From the NCBI RefSeq assembly GCF_000143415.4, contig NW_003314392.1:96390-160389 (forward strand): 64,000 nt of DNA, given 5' to 3'. The notes under the pieces are model-generated. The model saw nothing but the letters and a program-made list of their open reading frames with translations. It had not been told where the DNA came from and made no database searches. Origin of the DNA: Selaginella moellendorffii (Eukaryota; Plantae; Lycopodiophyta). Position numbers and translations under genes: made by a program. Positions 23,428 through 34,629 of the stretch are shown here, piece by piece; within the stretch, counting starts at the first letter, position 1, and the number at the start of each line of letters is the position of its first letter.

Positions 23428-26400
23428 ATGGAACGTCGTCCAGCACCCAGTAACAGTGGAGGACGAGCCAAGCCTCAGCCGTTCACACTTGGAAGGGGCA
23501 CTCGAGGCCGCGGCCTCAGTATCCGACTGCCCCAGGGAGGGATGCTGAAGGGAAGAGCCGCCAACAGCAAAACCCCAATCGCTGGCAAGAGGACATCGCT
23601 GGGCTCTCCAGGGGACAGTGAGAAGCTAGGTTCAAGTGGCACGGCAGGAAGCAGTGAGCACACAATCAGTGATCAAACAGGCTCGAGGCAGAAATCACAC
23701 CACACGGACAGTGACTACCTTGCAGAGTGCGCAGCCATGGATCTTCATGAAGAAGTAGTGCAGGGTACCAGGGAGATGATGATCAGGGCTCAGCACACTC
23801 ATCAGCTTCTCAAAGAACTGGCAAACACACCAAAGGACACGCTGGAAAAGCTAGTCTCACTGAAACAGGACGGTGGTGCACACAGAAGCAGCGTGGCAAC
23901 GAAGGAGGAGCCACCAGCACCAGATACAGTCCTTGAGCCTGGTTCAGGACGTCTTGGGAACCAACAGGAAGAAGATGAAGCAATGGACGAGGTGATCCTA
24001 CCTGGAAACACAGGGGTGGCGATGCACAAGTCACTAGAAGAGGAGCTGCGCAGGAGCAGTGACGGCGCAGGAGAGCAGAAGCCTTCAAGAGCACAAGGAT
24101 CGGGGCCAGGGACGTCTCAACCAGCCTCACCACCCACGCAGCATGGTTCCCCAGTACAACAAAGCTGTGCGCTGAACAGAGAAGTACAGGAAGTAAGTGG
24201 ATTCCTAGGCTCGGGGGATCTAGCCAGTGGAGATGGACCACGGGAAGAGGTGGCCACAAGCAGAGCTCTAGACTTGAACTTCCTCACCCCCATCACTGAG
24301 TGCATGGGACGTAGAGTGGCTCTCAACGTGGGGAAGACGGCCTATGGAAAAACCAAAGGTAGGACATGCCCTAATCCAAGTAAGAACAGGAGCGGCGTCA
24401 CCACTAGGGCAGCGGCAGCAGCAATGAGGGCAGCCACAGTTGTGGAGATACCAATAGGTTGTCATGCACAAGAGTCAAGAGCGGATCCAGAAGGAGAGAA
24501 GGGCTTGGAGACGCCAAATGACCAAACGAGGGGGCACAAGGAAACGCCAGAGGCACACAGGACAGAGGCAAAGGAGCCAGTCCAGGGGGAAGAGGTGAGC
24601 CGCTGCCTCACCAAGGCCTCAAGTGAAAGCCAGGGCCAGTCCAAGAGAGGGCCACTCAGCCAGAAGTTTTCTCACAGGTGCCTCTCGGATCTGACCAACA
24701 AAGTGAGAACATCTCTACCGGGCTCTCCGGTGAAGTCGGTAGGATCTCGACTTAAGAGCAGGACATCTCCCAGTCATCAGCCTGACCATGAGCCCCAGCT
24801 ATCGGTGCTGCAACAATGTATGCCACACCAGACAGAAGAAGGACTGCTGCAATGGGATCCTCGAACCTTTGCAAAGGCTTTGCGGGAGGCCACTCAGAAC
24901 GAAGTTCAGCTCCACCAAGACATACTCACTGCTGAAGTATGGCACCAGGAGACTCACCCCAAGGGAGAAGACCGAAATCTTGGCCCCGCTCTCAGGGAAG
25001 CCCTCGATCTCGCGACTCAGGCACTAGTCACACCAAAAGAACAAGAGTACACAAACAGCCAGGAGGCCCAACAAGCTAAAGTGCAAGAGGAAGTTACAAG
25101 CACGTGGAAGGAACAAGGGGAACAGGAAGTGGAACATCAAAGAGACCAAGACAAGGAGATCCCGGAAGCCAGCAAAAAGGTGGAGACGCAAAAGGAGGAA
25201 TCGATTCTGGGGAACAGAGCGAAGCCTCTGGCGCTACTGCTGGAAGAACAGGAGGAGGAGATGAAGCGAATGGGACAGGAGAGGGAAAGAGAGGCCAAAA
25301 AGAACAAGACGGAGAAAAAGAAAGAACGCAAGGTGGCGCGTAGGAAGTTAAAGTCCCAAAGTAGTTCAAAGGAGGCCCTCGCATGGGCAAAAGAGGTGGA
25401 GGAGTTCCTCCACGAGGAGGAAACGTGTTCTGAGGAGGACCAGGAGCAGCAGAAGGGTAGCACAGCAAAAGAAAAAGCACAGGGAGCCTTGGCAGGACGT
25501 GGGTGGGAAAAGGTGGAGGACAAGTGTCGGACCACACCACACCAAGGCCCGGAGGACCCAGGGGAGCAAGGGGACTTGAGAGTTGAGCAAGAACAAGAAG
25601 GCTGCCCTGCACAAGGAAAGGTGGTAAAGGAAATCCCGCACACAGAAGCCTCTAAGACGAAGCCTCACGCCGGAGAGTCAGGGAAACGAGCTGGAACAGC
25701 GCTAGGTGCCAAGGGGATGGCAAAGGCAGTCAAGCTGGGCGAGGCTCTCAGCCAGGTGGTGGCGGCTAGGGAAGAAGAACTACGACATAGAGCAGTGATT
25801 GCAGTATTCAGGGGGAAGTTTCCCACTGGCCGCATGGCCATGGACTGGCTGAATGCTACGTTGGAGCAGGGGATCACAATCAAGAACTTGCTCCCACATG
25901 GTCGTGGATGCTACACAGTGGTGTTTGAGACAGAGGAGGCGCGGGCTCGAGCCGAGGAGCTGCATGGACTTATCGATGATAGCTGGGCGGTGTCCTTCCA
26001 CCCGTGGATTACAAGGTTCACGGCAGATGACCAGCCACGGCTGAAGGGGGGAAGTGTCCCACTCAATGTGGCACTGTGGGACATCCCAATGGAGATGAGG
26101 ATTAAAGAGGTGATACGAGAGCTCGTCGAGGGAAGCATCGGGCAGATCGCCTTGGGACTAGACACCGTGGATGCGGAGGGCATTCTGGGCCCTGTGAGAC
26201 TTAAGGTCTTTGTCTCATCCCCAGCAGAACTCCCTATGGAGATAGCAGTCCTGGGACAGTACGTTCGTATACAGGTGGAAAACGCAGCACCACGCTGTGG
26301 TTGGTGCCTACAGTCGGGCCACAGTGAGAATGCGTGCACGACCAAACGACCCAAGCTTGCTCCAGGACGTCCCTTTGAACTCCCAGAGGCCGTGGAGAAG

Positions 26401-26844
26401 CAGCTGAAGCAGCGTCCTCCAGAGCAGGCTCCACACATCAGGTTCCCAAGCGCACCACCTTTCTCGGGACCTGATTCACGGCCCAGAATGTTCGAGAGCC
26501 CGATTGCTGAAAAGGACGGAGAAGGCTTTCAGCAGGTTCTTCCTCGGACTGTGAACATGGCAGTCAGATGGATCCCACCCAGGAGAGAATTAACAACTAC
26601 AGAGGCGGGAGACTGGCTGATGTACCGAGGGCACACGGCCTTCCCAGAGGTCATCACGCTTGGCGATTACCAGACCCGAATGGAACGTGCCATCACTGAG
26701 TGGACGGGATTTTCAGAATACGCAGTGCGGGGCTTCTCTTGGACTAAGTACAGGGGGAGGCTCACTGCAGTATGGACCATCTCCTCGGAATGGAGGGCGA
26801 GGCCTAGCAGCACGGTTTTCTCTTGGAAGTACGTTGCTCCATGA
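23428..26844 (+). CDS. LINE ORF1 (~1138 aa from first shared ATG): long low-complexity/coiled-coil N-terminus, DUF4283/RRM-like region, CCHC zinc knuckle
   Basis: Open frame 23239-26844. The MERRPAP start is shared by both copies. Contains CGWCLQSGHSENAC (CX2CX4HX4C) and a HPW...F...VPLNVALWDIP segment typical of plant L1 ORF1. Confidence 0.88.
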   Translation: MERRPAPSNSGGRAKPQPFTLGRGTRGRGLSIRLPQGGMLKGRAANSKTPIAGKRTSLGSPGDSEKLGSSGTAGSSEHTISDQTGSRQKSHHTDSDYLAECAAMDLHEEVVQGTREMMIRAQHTHQLLKELANTPKDTLEKLVSLKQDGGAHRSSVATKEEPPAPDTVLEPGSGRLGNQQEEDEAMDEVILPGNTGVAMHKSLEEELRRSSDGAGEQKPSRAQGSGPGTSQPASPPTQHGSPVQQSCALNREVQEVSGFLGSGDLASGDGPREEVATSRALDLNFLTPITECMGRRVALNVGKTAYGKTKGRTCPNPSKNRSGVTTRAAAAAMRAATVVEIPIGCHAQESRADPEGEKGLETPNDQTRGHKETPEAHRTEAKEPVQGEEVSRCLTKASSESQGQSKRGPLSQKFSHRCLSDLTNKVRTSLPGSPVKSVGSRLKSRTSPSHQPDHEPQLSVLQQCMPHQTEEGLLQWDPRTFAKALREATQNEVQLHQDILTAEVWHQETHPKGEDRNLGPALREALDLATQALVTPKEQEYTNSQEAQQAKVQEEVTSTWKEQGEQEVEHQRDQDKEIPEASKKVETQKEESILGNRAKPLALLLEEQEEEMKRMGQEREREAKKNKTEKKKERKVARRKLKSQSSSKEALAWAKEVEEFLHEEETCSEEDQEQQKGSTAKEKAQGALAGRGWEKVEDKCRTTPHQGPEDPGEQGDLRVEQEQEGCPAQGKVVKEIPHTEASKTKPHAGESGKRAGTALGAKGMAKAVKLGEALSQVVAAREEELRHRAVIAVFRGKFPTGRMAMDWLNATLEQGITIKNLLPHGRGCYTVVFETEEARARAEELHGLIDDSWAVSFHPWITRFTADDQPRLKGGSVPLNVALWDIPMEMRIKEVIRELVEGSIGQIALGLDTVDAEGILGPVRLKVFVSSPAELPMEIAVLGQYVRIQVENAAPRCGWCLQSGHSENACTTKRPKLAPGRPFELPEAVEKQLKQRPPEQAPHIRFPSAPPFSGPDSRPRMFESPIAEKDGEGFQQVLPRTVNMAVRWIPPRRELTTTEAGDWLMYRGHTAFPEVITLGDYQTRMERAITEWTGFSEYAVRGFSWTKYRGRLTAVWTISSEWRARPSSTVFSWKYVAP

Positions 26845-29800
26845 CCACGCTCACAGTGCTCACGTGGAACTGTCGGGGACTCAGCTCTGAGGACAGTAGA
26901 CTCAACAAGAGAGTACAGCTCAAGTCCCACATCCGGGAGATTGGCTTAGAGGGGAGGATCGACATACTGTGCATCCAAGAGCACAAGATGGTGAAGGCTC
27001 CAGACTTCAATTTGGGCATGCACAGGAGAATTTGGTGGAATCCGGCCACGCAAGTGAGAACACGGTGTGGAGGAGGAACAGCGATCATCGTCTCTACCAA
27101 GTGGTCAGCGCAGGTACGTGACCACAGGGTGCTGGTCCCAGGGAAAGCACAGCTGTTGGTCATACACCTACACTTTGGACGTGTTGGGATTGTCAACGTG
27201 TATGCACCCACTCGAAGAAGGGAGCGCGCACGAATGTGGACAGATATCCAGCAGAGCACTCAAGAGGTGGCGGACGAGTGGCTTGTGGTAGGAGACTTCA
27301 ACATGGTGGAGGGTTTGAGTGACCGGCGAGGTTCACTGGAAACCATACAGGGGAGAGAGAGAAAGAATTGGACAGCGCTAGTCGAAGCCTTGGGAGTCTT
27401 GGACCTCCAGCACGCAGAGGGGTTCGCTGCACACTCTCACCCATTCACGAGACGCCAATCGACAGGGTGCCAAGCTCGACTGGACAGGATTTACGCTTCC
27501 ACCAGGCTGTGACAAGACGGAGGGGGACTCAAAACGTGGCCCGCGTTTGCCACCTTTTCAGACCACGACCCACTCCGAGGCATTCTCAAGCTACAGGCAG
27601 TGAAAGGAGCAGCGGTGCAGAGGAAGATCAGCAAAGCCACAATGGTTGACCCGGTAGCAGTGAAGCTCGTCCAGGAAACACTAGACAGCAGCAAAGGGGA
27701 ACTCGTCTTGGCACTAGGCACTTGCTCCACTAAGCTCCGGGAAAGGCAAGCGGCTCTCAAAGGGGAAGTCCTGAAAGAGGTGAGACTGGCGAGACAAAAG
27801 GTGGCGGCGGCCCAGAGAATGGTCCTACATGCAAACGACAAGGCCAGATGGACAGCAACACTGGATGAGAGGGAAGCAGAGCTGCGGGACAAAGAATATG
27901 CAGCATGGAGTGCTGGACTCCGATCCATGGAGGATAGCTGGGTGATGAATGAACGGCTTCTCAACAAAGCATTCTACAAAGGGATCCGTCCAGTCACCGA
28001 CTCCCCCCCGATCCTAGGACTGAAGAAGGACGATGGAGAAGTGGTCGAGGACCAACAGGGAATGCAGGGGCTGGCCCAGGAGTTTTACCAGAAGCTGTAC
28101 ACGGCCCAGCCCTGGTCCCCGGATAGGAGAGACGCCGCAGGCAGAGTGCTGTCTACTCTCCCACGCAGAGTTCCCGGCGAGTACCTGGAGATGTTGGTGG
28201 CCGACTTTTCATTGGAAGACCTCCATCGGGCCCTGGAGCAGCTGAACGATGACAAGATGCCAGGTATGGACGGCCTCCTTCCAGCATTCTATGAGGAGTA
28301 TTGGGATGACGTTGGCCTGATGCTCCTAGAGACATGGCGAGATGCACAGAAAACAGGGATGCTGCCAGGAGAGATACTAGAGGGACAAATCGCATTGATT
28401 CCGAAACGGGGTGACCTCCAGGAACTCAGGAACTGGCGCCCCATAACCATGCTCAACACGTCGTACAAGATATACGCAAAGGCGATGGCACTCAAGCTGC
28501 AACCAGTCATGCCCCTCATCATCAGAGAACAGCAAACTGGATTTGTGCCGGGACGACAGATCGCAGAAAACATATGGACGTACCTCCTGGCACAGAGGTG
28601 GGCAAACGTCTCAAATCAACAGATTGTAGCATGGCTACTAGACTTTGAGAAGGCCTATGATCGAGTTGATTGGGACTTCTTGGAGGATTGCATGCGGAGG
28701 ATAGGGATCCCGGCAAGGACTGTCTCGCGTATTTCACTTCTCTACAGGGGAGCTACAAGCCGGGTCACACTGAATGGAGAGATAGGCCCGACCTTCCACT
28801 TGGGACGCTCAGTGAGACAGGGATGTCCACTTGCCCCCTACCTGTTCCTGATAGTAGCAGAAACACTGGGCTCTTTCCTCGCGCATGGAGAGGATGTAAA
28901 AGGCCTGGTGCTGCCCTCTGAACGGCTACAACTCCCAGGAACTCAAGTTGTGACACAAGAGCTGGAAGACGGGGCATTTGCAGATGACACCGCACTCTTC
29001 CTACTTGCCACCCCGAGGAATCTGGACGCAGCAAGGTCCAAGCTGGAGATCTTCAACAGGGCAGCGGGGGCAGCCATAAACTGGAACAAGTCAGTAGGCG
29101 TGAACTGGGGAGAGCCAGGCATTGAGACCTGGGGACAGGAGATAGGCTTTCAGTGGCTTCGCCCTGGCGAAGACACTCGGTACCTCGGCATCCAGGTTGG
29201 GACCCGGTACAATGCGGCTACACAGGATGACACGCTTCTCAGGAGGATCCGGACTGCAGTTCAGAAATGGACACCGAGGAAACTCGGACTCCCAGCCCGG
29301 ATTGTAGTGGTCAAGAGTGTGATCCTCCCTAGCATCTGGTACCACCTCTCGATTTGGCCGGTGCTGGAAACTACACTGCAGAAGGTGAGACAGATGGTGC
29401 GGACCTACGTATGGCGTGGAGCATTGGCTACAGGGCGAACCATGGCCAAGGTGGCGTGGCAATCTACAGCGAGGCCGCGCATTCTAGGGGGCCTAGGGAT
29501 CATTGACCCCAGCGACATGGCGAAGGCGATGAGGTACAAGATTTTTCTCATGGGCTTGCAACAGGGGAGACAGCCGTGGCGACTCATGTTTCGGCAGAGC
29601 CTCCTAGCGATACGCCCCAAACACAATGCAGCCAAACCGTGGGAGGAGGACCCACGGTGGCTCTTCGCAGAAGGACCGACGCAGGTAGTGAAGGGGGGCA
29701 ACTTCGTCCAGAGCCTTCATCGACTGTGGAGAGCCTTTCCGCTGGAGCAAACACCACCGACCAGGGCCGAGGAGTGGCTCAACCAGCCTTTGTTTTTCAA

Positions 29801-31366
29801 CGCACTGTTCAAAGAGGGAGGTGTGACACTAGGACGAGAGTCACACCACACGATCTGGAGGAAAATGCACGCAAATGGATTCCGGACAATGAAGCAGCTA
29901 ACGGGAGTGATTGACAGGGATTGGTGGCGAACAGCGAGAAGGACTCAAGTGTTTGGACCTTGGAAGCGACGTAACATCCTGCTGGACATTCTGCGACTCC
30001 TCCGAGTGGTGAACAACACGAAAGCAGGGACAAAGTGGCCGAGAAGATGCCTTCAAGCAGGGGACTTTGTGGCGATCCAGCGGCAAACAGAGTGGGAGGA
30101 ACACGATGCTGTGCGATGTCCGCTAGGGACGTGGACTCGAGCATTCACTGCACCTACACCAGCATGGGAAGAAGGGGACATTGAGGTGTGGTTCGTTGCC
30201 GCACCAGAGCTCAACATAGGACTGCCGTTTCGCATCACGAGAGGAGACACGCTTCTCCCGATGGGTGAGAGACAAGAGATGCCGGACGTCACGGTTTAGG
30301 ACGTCACGGTCATGAGGTACGTGGGAGGATTCGTGTGCTTAGGCACTCACCCAAGAGGCTGGACGTGGTGGACTCGGAAGACCTGCTGGAGGGCGATGGA
30401 TCACTGATATGGTGGCGACAGCAGCTACTAGAAGATCTGGACTGGGACCCTGCTGCATGGCGACGAGGGACAGGAAGCTTTTTCTCCTATGCAGTCAAGG
30501 AAGCGCGGAATGGACTACTGACATCACGAGAGGAGGCGAGAGAGGAGATTCCGAAGCTGTGGCAGAAATGGATAGCACAGGGGGTTGGCGCGGAGCAAGT
30601 GGTGGACAACACGATTCACTTCTGGAAGTTGCCCGTGCAGGAAAAAGTGAAAGTCACCTCGTGGTTGGTAGCAAACAACGGACTTCCGGTTGGACAGCGA
30701 TTCCAGGACGACGCGAGTCGCAGGTGCAGGGAGTGTGACAAAATCGAGACAGTCAAGCATGCACTGTGGGAGTGTGACACTGCAAAGGAAGTGTGGCACC
30801 AGATTATTAAGGCAGGGAAGGAGTTGGGCGTGACACAGGATTTTGAGGCCCGCAGTGGGGATGTGCTTCACTGGTTTGAGGAAGCAAGGGGCCCTGCCCA
30901 GGGCCCAGCCCTACGACACATTAGGTGCAGAGGACGACATGGCTGGGGGAGTCAGGTCCGGTGGGACACGACCGGGGCGGAGGTAGGAGTCCCCGTGTGG
31001 GAGGCGCTTGGACATGCTCGATGGGCGATATGGCGAGCGACGGGAGTCCAGGCCCTTTGGGAAGCACGCAACCGGGCACACTTCGAAGGGACACAGGTCA
31101 GAGTATCACAGGTACTAGCAGAGTGGTGGAGACTTACACTGGCGGCAATACGGCTTCACCATGCTATCCTCCGGGACAGGGGGAAGCTCGAGAGGCTCGA
31201 GGAGTGGCAAAAAGCATGGCTGCCATGTTTTGGTAGAGGAGATCACAAGGAGGTTCGTTGGAGATGGCGCCCCCCGGAGTCGATCTTGCGGTCAGCACGA
31301 AGGGGGGATATGGATCTGGACGTGATACGACGGAGACGACCGCAGCCGCTTCTACTGCAGGCCTAG
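26841..31366 (+). pseudogene. LINE ORF2 (AP endonuclease + reverse transcriptase + C-terminal zinc finger), disrupted
   Basis: Motifs TWNCRGL, CIQE, NVYAP, GDFN, RLDRI, SDH; WRPITMLN, DFEKAYDRV, VRQGCPLAP, FADD; CRECDKIETVKHALWEC. Lesions: CGA->TGA stop at 27510-27512 and a net +14-nt insertion with stop near 30297. Confidence 0.95.
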
Positions 31367-31476
31367 TCTCACTTTAGATGAGGGAGATCACCACTAGGTA
31401 GCATGAGCTTTGGGCAGCATGCCCAGTTTTTGTATTAGTCCCTACGGGACATTGGGGAATGTACATACACGTTTCA

Positions 31477-31510
31477 TCGACCCAGGGACCTACCTAGACC
31501 CAGGGACCTA
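31477..31510 (+). repeat. Target-site copies between LINE-A1 and the non-autonomous element
   Basis: tcgacccagggaccta + ccta + gacccagggaccta. Confidence 0.9.
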
Positions 31511-33188
31511 GAGGAGAGAGCTCGAAGGCGCTAGAGAGAGAGTGTGAGAAAGAGGGAGGGAGTGAGCGTCCAGGGCGGCACAAGCATCGCAGACCGCGGC
31601 AGCAACACACGGAGCTCGGCTCCCTCCTCTTTCTCCCCTTCTCTCTCGCTCTCTGTCGTTTTTATCGATATCTCCCAAACGGCTGGGAGAAACCTCGATT
31701 CCTTCGACGGGGGGCTTCTAGGAGTGTAGATTCTCATCCTCCTAGAAGGCCGCGGCGAGATCTGCCACGGATCTGGAGATCTCGCTGGCCCTAGGTCGCT
31801 GCTGTTTTTAGGGTTCTTCGGCGGCGGCTAGGGTTTTTCGGGGCTCAGAGATTTGGAGGAGTGGAGAGGGCAGTTGGGAACACCACGGCTGCAGCAGCAA
31901 CACGCAGATCTGGACGCTCTCCTCTCCTCCTCTTCTTTTTTCGCTTCTCATGGTTTCAAGTTTTTTGGGAGCTCATAACTCCTGAACGGCTTGGAATTTT
32001 TCCACAAAAATTCACAGGGGGATAGCTGGGAGGGAGCCTCACACCCTCCCAGAAGCGCAGGCAAAAATTCTTCACGGTCTCAGAGCTCTCACCTGCCCTA
32101 ATTCGTGGCTAGGGTTAGGGTTCTTGGCTGGCTTTTGCCCTAACTACGGTTAGGGCAGGACTTAGGGTGGTGGCGGGATCTTTGATCCGGCCACTCTAAG
32201 TGTCAGGGATCTTCGTTGCATGTGGTTGGCACGGCAGCAACATGGTGGAAACGCGACGGTTGTTGGTCTCGCAGCTTCGAGCGGGATTTCTCGCCTTAGG
32301 TCGGGCCATGCAAGGTGGCGACTGAGGTACAGAGAGCGTGAAACTGCATGTGTCGGAGGTTCTTGGCGACTTGAGTCGTGGAAACACGGGGAACTTTGTT
32401 GACTGGTGGAGGACAGTTCGGGACGTCATCCCGACATAGCGAAGTGTCCGCGGTGGATGGACGTGGAAGACACTATGGGCGCATTTTTGGATCTAGTGAC
32501 AGGGAAGTGCTGTCACAAAGGGGGCCAGTGGCGGATGGCCGAGTTGGTTTGCTCGCGGAGGGGATCCCACATGGTTCTTGCTTCAGGGCTAGTCCTTTGA
32601 GGAGGTTCGCGGAGGCTTGCAAGTCTTGTGATTGTCGCGATGCCGGCAACGGGGGCTCGTATATCATTGAAGGGGGCCAGCGCACTTGTCTAGTGTGGGA
32701 GGCAAGGTAGCACGCTCTAGTCTAGAGCTGGAGGAGGCTCACACCTTGCTTGTTCTACGCCTTGGAGTTTGTTCGCAATGGGCACCGACTTAGTGCTGGA
32801 AGTACACTGGGGAGGTAGGCGCTCCAAGACACAGCATCACGTCTTGGGGCGTAACAGGTGGCTTCAGCTTCTGCAGTGGAATCACCTTGGAGGCAAGTGA
32901 CCCATGAGCGATGCCGGGTCATCGTGCTCGAGTTGGACTGCTTGGCTGCGACGACGTCGAGCTAGATCGACATGGTGTTCGTCCGGCTTGACATCATTGT
33001 GACCGAGTGGAGGAGTGGCGAGGCGAAGCAGGTGGCTTCAAGCTCCGCAGTGGAGTCACTTGGGAGGTGGACGGCCCAAGAGCAGCACCGGGCGTTCGCG
33101 CTCATAGTTTCACTAGTTTCTTCGAGAGTGCGCTCTCAATGTTGTTTTGATCCCTAAGGGACTTGGAGAAATGTACATACACGTTGCA
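31511..33188 (+). mobile_element. Non-autonomous, non-coding LINE-dependent element (1678 bp)
   Basis: Flanked by target-site copies (31497-31510 and 33189-33204). No credible ORF. Its last 38 nt are identical to the 3' end of the family-B LINE at 62035-62072. Confidence 0.85.
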
Positions 33189-34453
33189 TCGACCCAGGGA
33201 CCTATTTGAGTGGACTTGTTTTTAGATTGGGGGTCTCTGCCACTAGGCCTCTACCACCTCTCCGTTACATATTTCGTGTCGGTTAAATTTATTGGGTTTG
33301 TGGGGGAGGGGGTTTAACTAGCAAAGGGCGATTATGGGGAGCGCTTAGTGCGATTAAGTGGGGCTTAAGTTGGGGCAATCGCGGCCGTTGGTGCGGTGGG
33401 GTGGTTGACCGGCGGCGATGAGTTTGACCGGCGGTCCCCGTGACACGTGGCTAGGGCTAGGGTCTGGATATGGGTTTTGCGCGAGTGGGCAAGATCCATG
33501 GCTCGGTTTGCGGTGGGACTTGAACCGTTGGAAAGCTTGCGTGAATCCACCCGTTTCCACAGAAACGGATCTGGATTTCGTCGCTCCACCGGCCCGCACC
33601 ATTGCGATGGGTTTGACGCTGGGTTTTCGAGCGAGTGGGCAACATCCATGGCTCGGTTTGCGGTGGGACTTGAACCGTTGGAAAGCTTGCGTGAGTCCAC
33701 CCGTTTCCACAGAAACGGATCCCGATTTCGTTGCTCCACCGTCCCACACCATTGCAATGGGTTTTGTGCTGTTCCCGTTGCCATATCTCGTGGACCGTGG
33801 GCCCCCTTTCGCCCTTGGGCACATGGGAGCAACTGGGGCGGTGCGCGCAACTGGCCCATGTGGCCAAGTACATTTTTCCATGTCCTGGGCGCCTGCTTTT
33901 GTGGTTTTTCCCACGGAAGAAGATGCGTCCCACGTGGCGATCCGTGTGCCCGCCCGCACTCCGGCACCAACGGGGCCGGCCGGCATGACGCCCCGGTCGC
34001 GGCCGTGCCAACGGATCGCGGGCCCCATGCGTGGGCTGCCGCCGGGAGTGCATCTCACTCTCAAGGAAAACACCGCACTGGCGCTCGGGCCTGCACTGGA
34101 ACGCGACCCCAGGAGCGCCGTGGCGAAGCCCGCGTCGAGGGCATCGATCCGAATTGGCTGGGCCCCCCATGCCATGCTGGCACCGTGCGTGCCTTGTCGA
34201 AAACGGCACACCCTTGCGACCGCTGGGCGAAAGGGGCAAACCCCGAGAGGTCCTTGCACCTCCTGTCACTGGGGAGGGTGCCCCCCACGAACACGAACCC
34301 AACGGCGCCAGTCCCACGCGAAACGCACGCACGGTTCGCGAGAAAACGGCCCCCAACGCCCGCATTCTCCATTATTCCGAGAGAATATTCCCTCCACTAC
34401 TTAAATTGTGCCAAAAAGAGGTGGCTCCGGGTGGGTCTCGACCCAGGGACCTA
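33189..34453. repeat. Isolated array unit trapped between two insertions (both RNA gene halves disrupted: 33189-33263, 34413-34453)
   Basis: Matches the 1249-bp unit with a few transitions, and begins and ends at the 16-bp target. Confidence 0.97.
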
Positions 34454-34629
34454 CCGCTACCGACGGCGGATGCCCCCGCTACCGACGGATGCCCCCCGCT
34501 ACCGGCAGATGCCCCCCGCTACCGACGGCGGATGCCCCCGCTACCGACGGCGGGGGCATCCGCCGCGAGATTCAGGGAAGAATCACTCCAGAATTTCTCT
34601 GTTTTTTCTTTTACACTGCTGTGTCCAGG

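Larger units (their letters stand above)
23204..31476 (+). mobile_element. Non-LTR retrotransposon (L1/Tx1 group), family A copy 1
   Basis: ORF1 plus APE-RT-zinc finger ORF2. The 3' end ...gtacatacacgtttca abuts target tcgacccagggaccta (31477-31492). No poly(A). The 5' side lacks the TSD. Confidence 0.96.

Noticed and set aside
23204-23430. Self-cleaving ribozyme at the LINE 5' end (as in R2)
   Set aside because: I could not build an HDV-like or hammerhead fold by eye; an RNAmotif/Infernal search would be needed.
34408-34629. N-terminal extension of ORF1 copy 2 starting in the array unit
   Set aside because: Chance open frame across the TSD and 5' stutter with a non-ATG start; not shared with copy 1.
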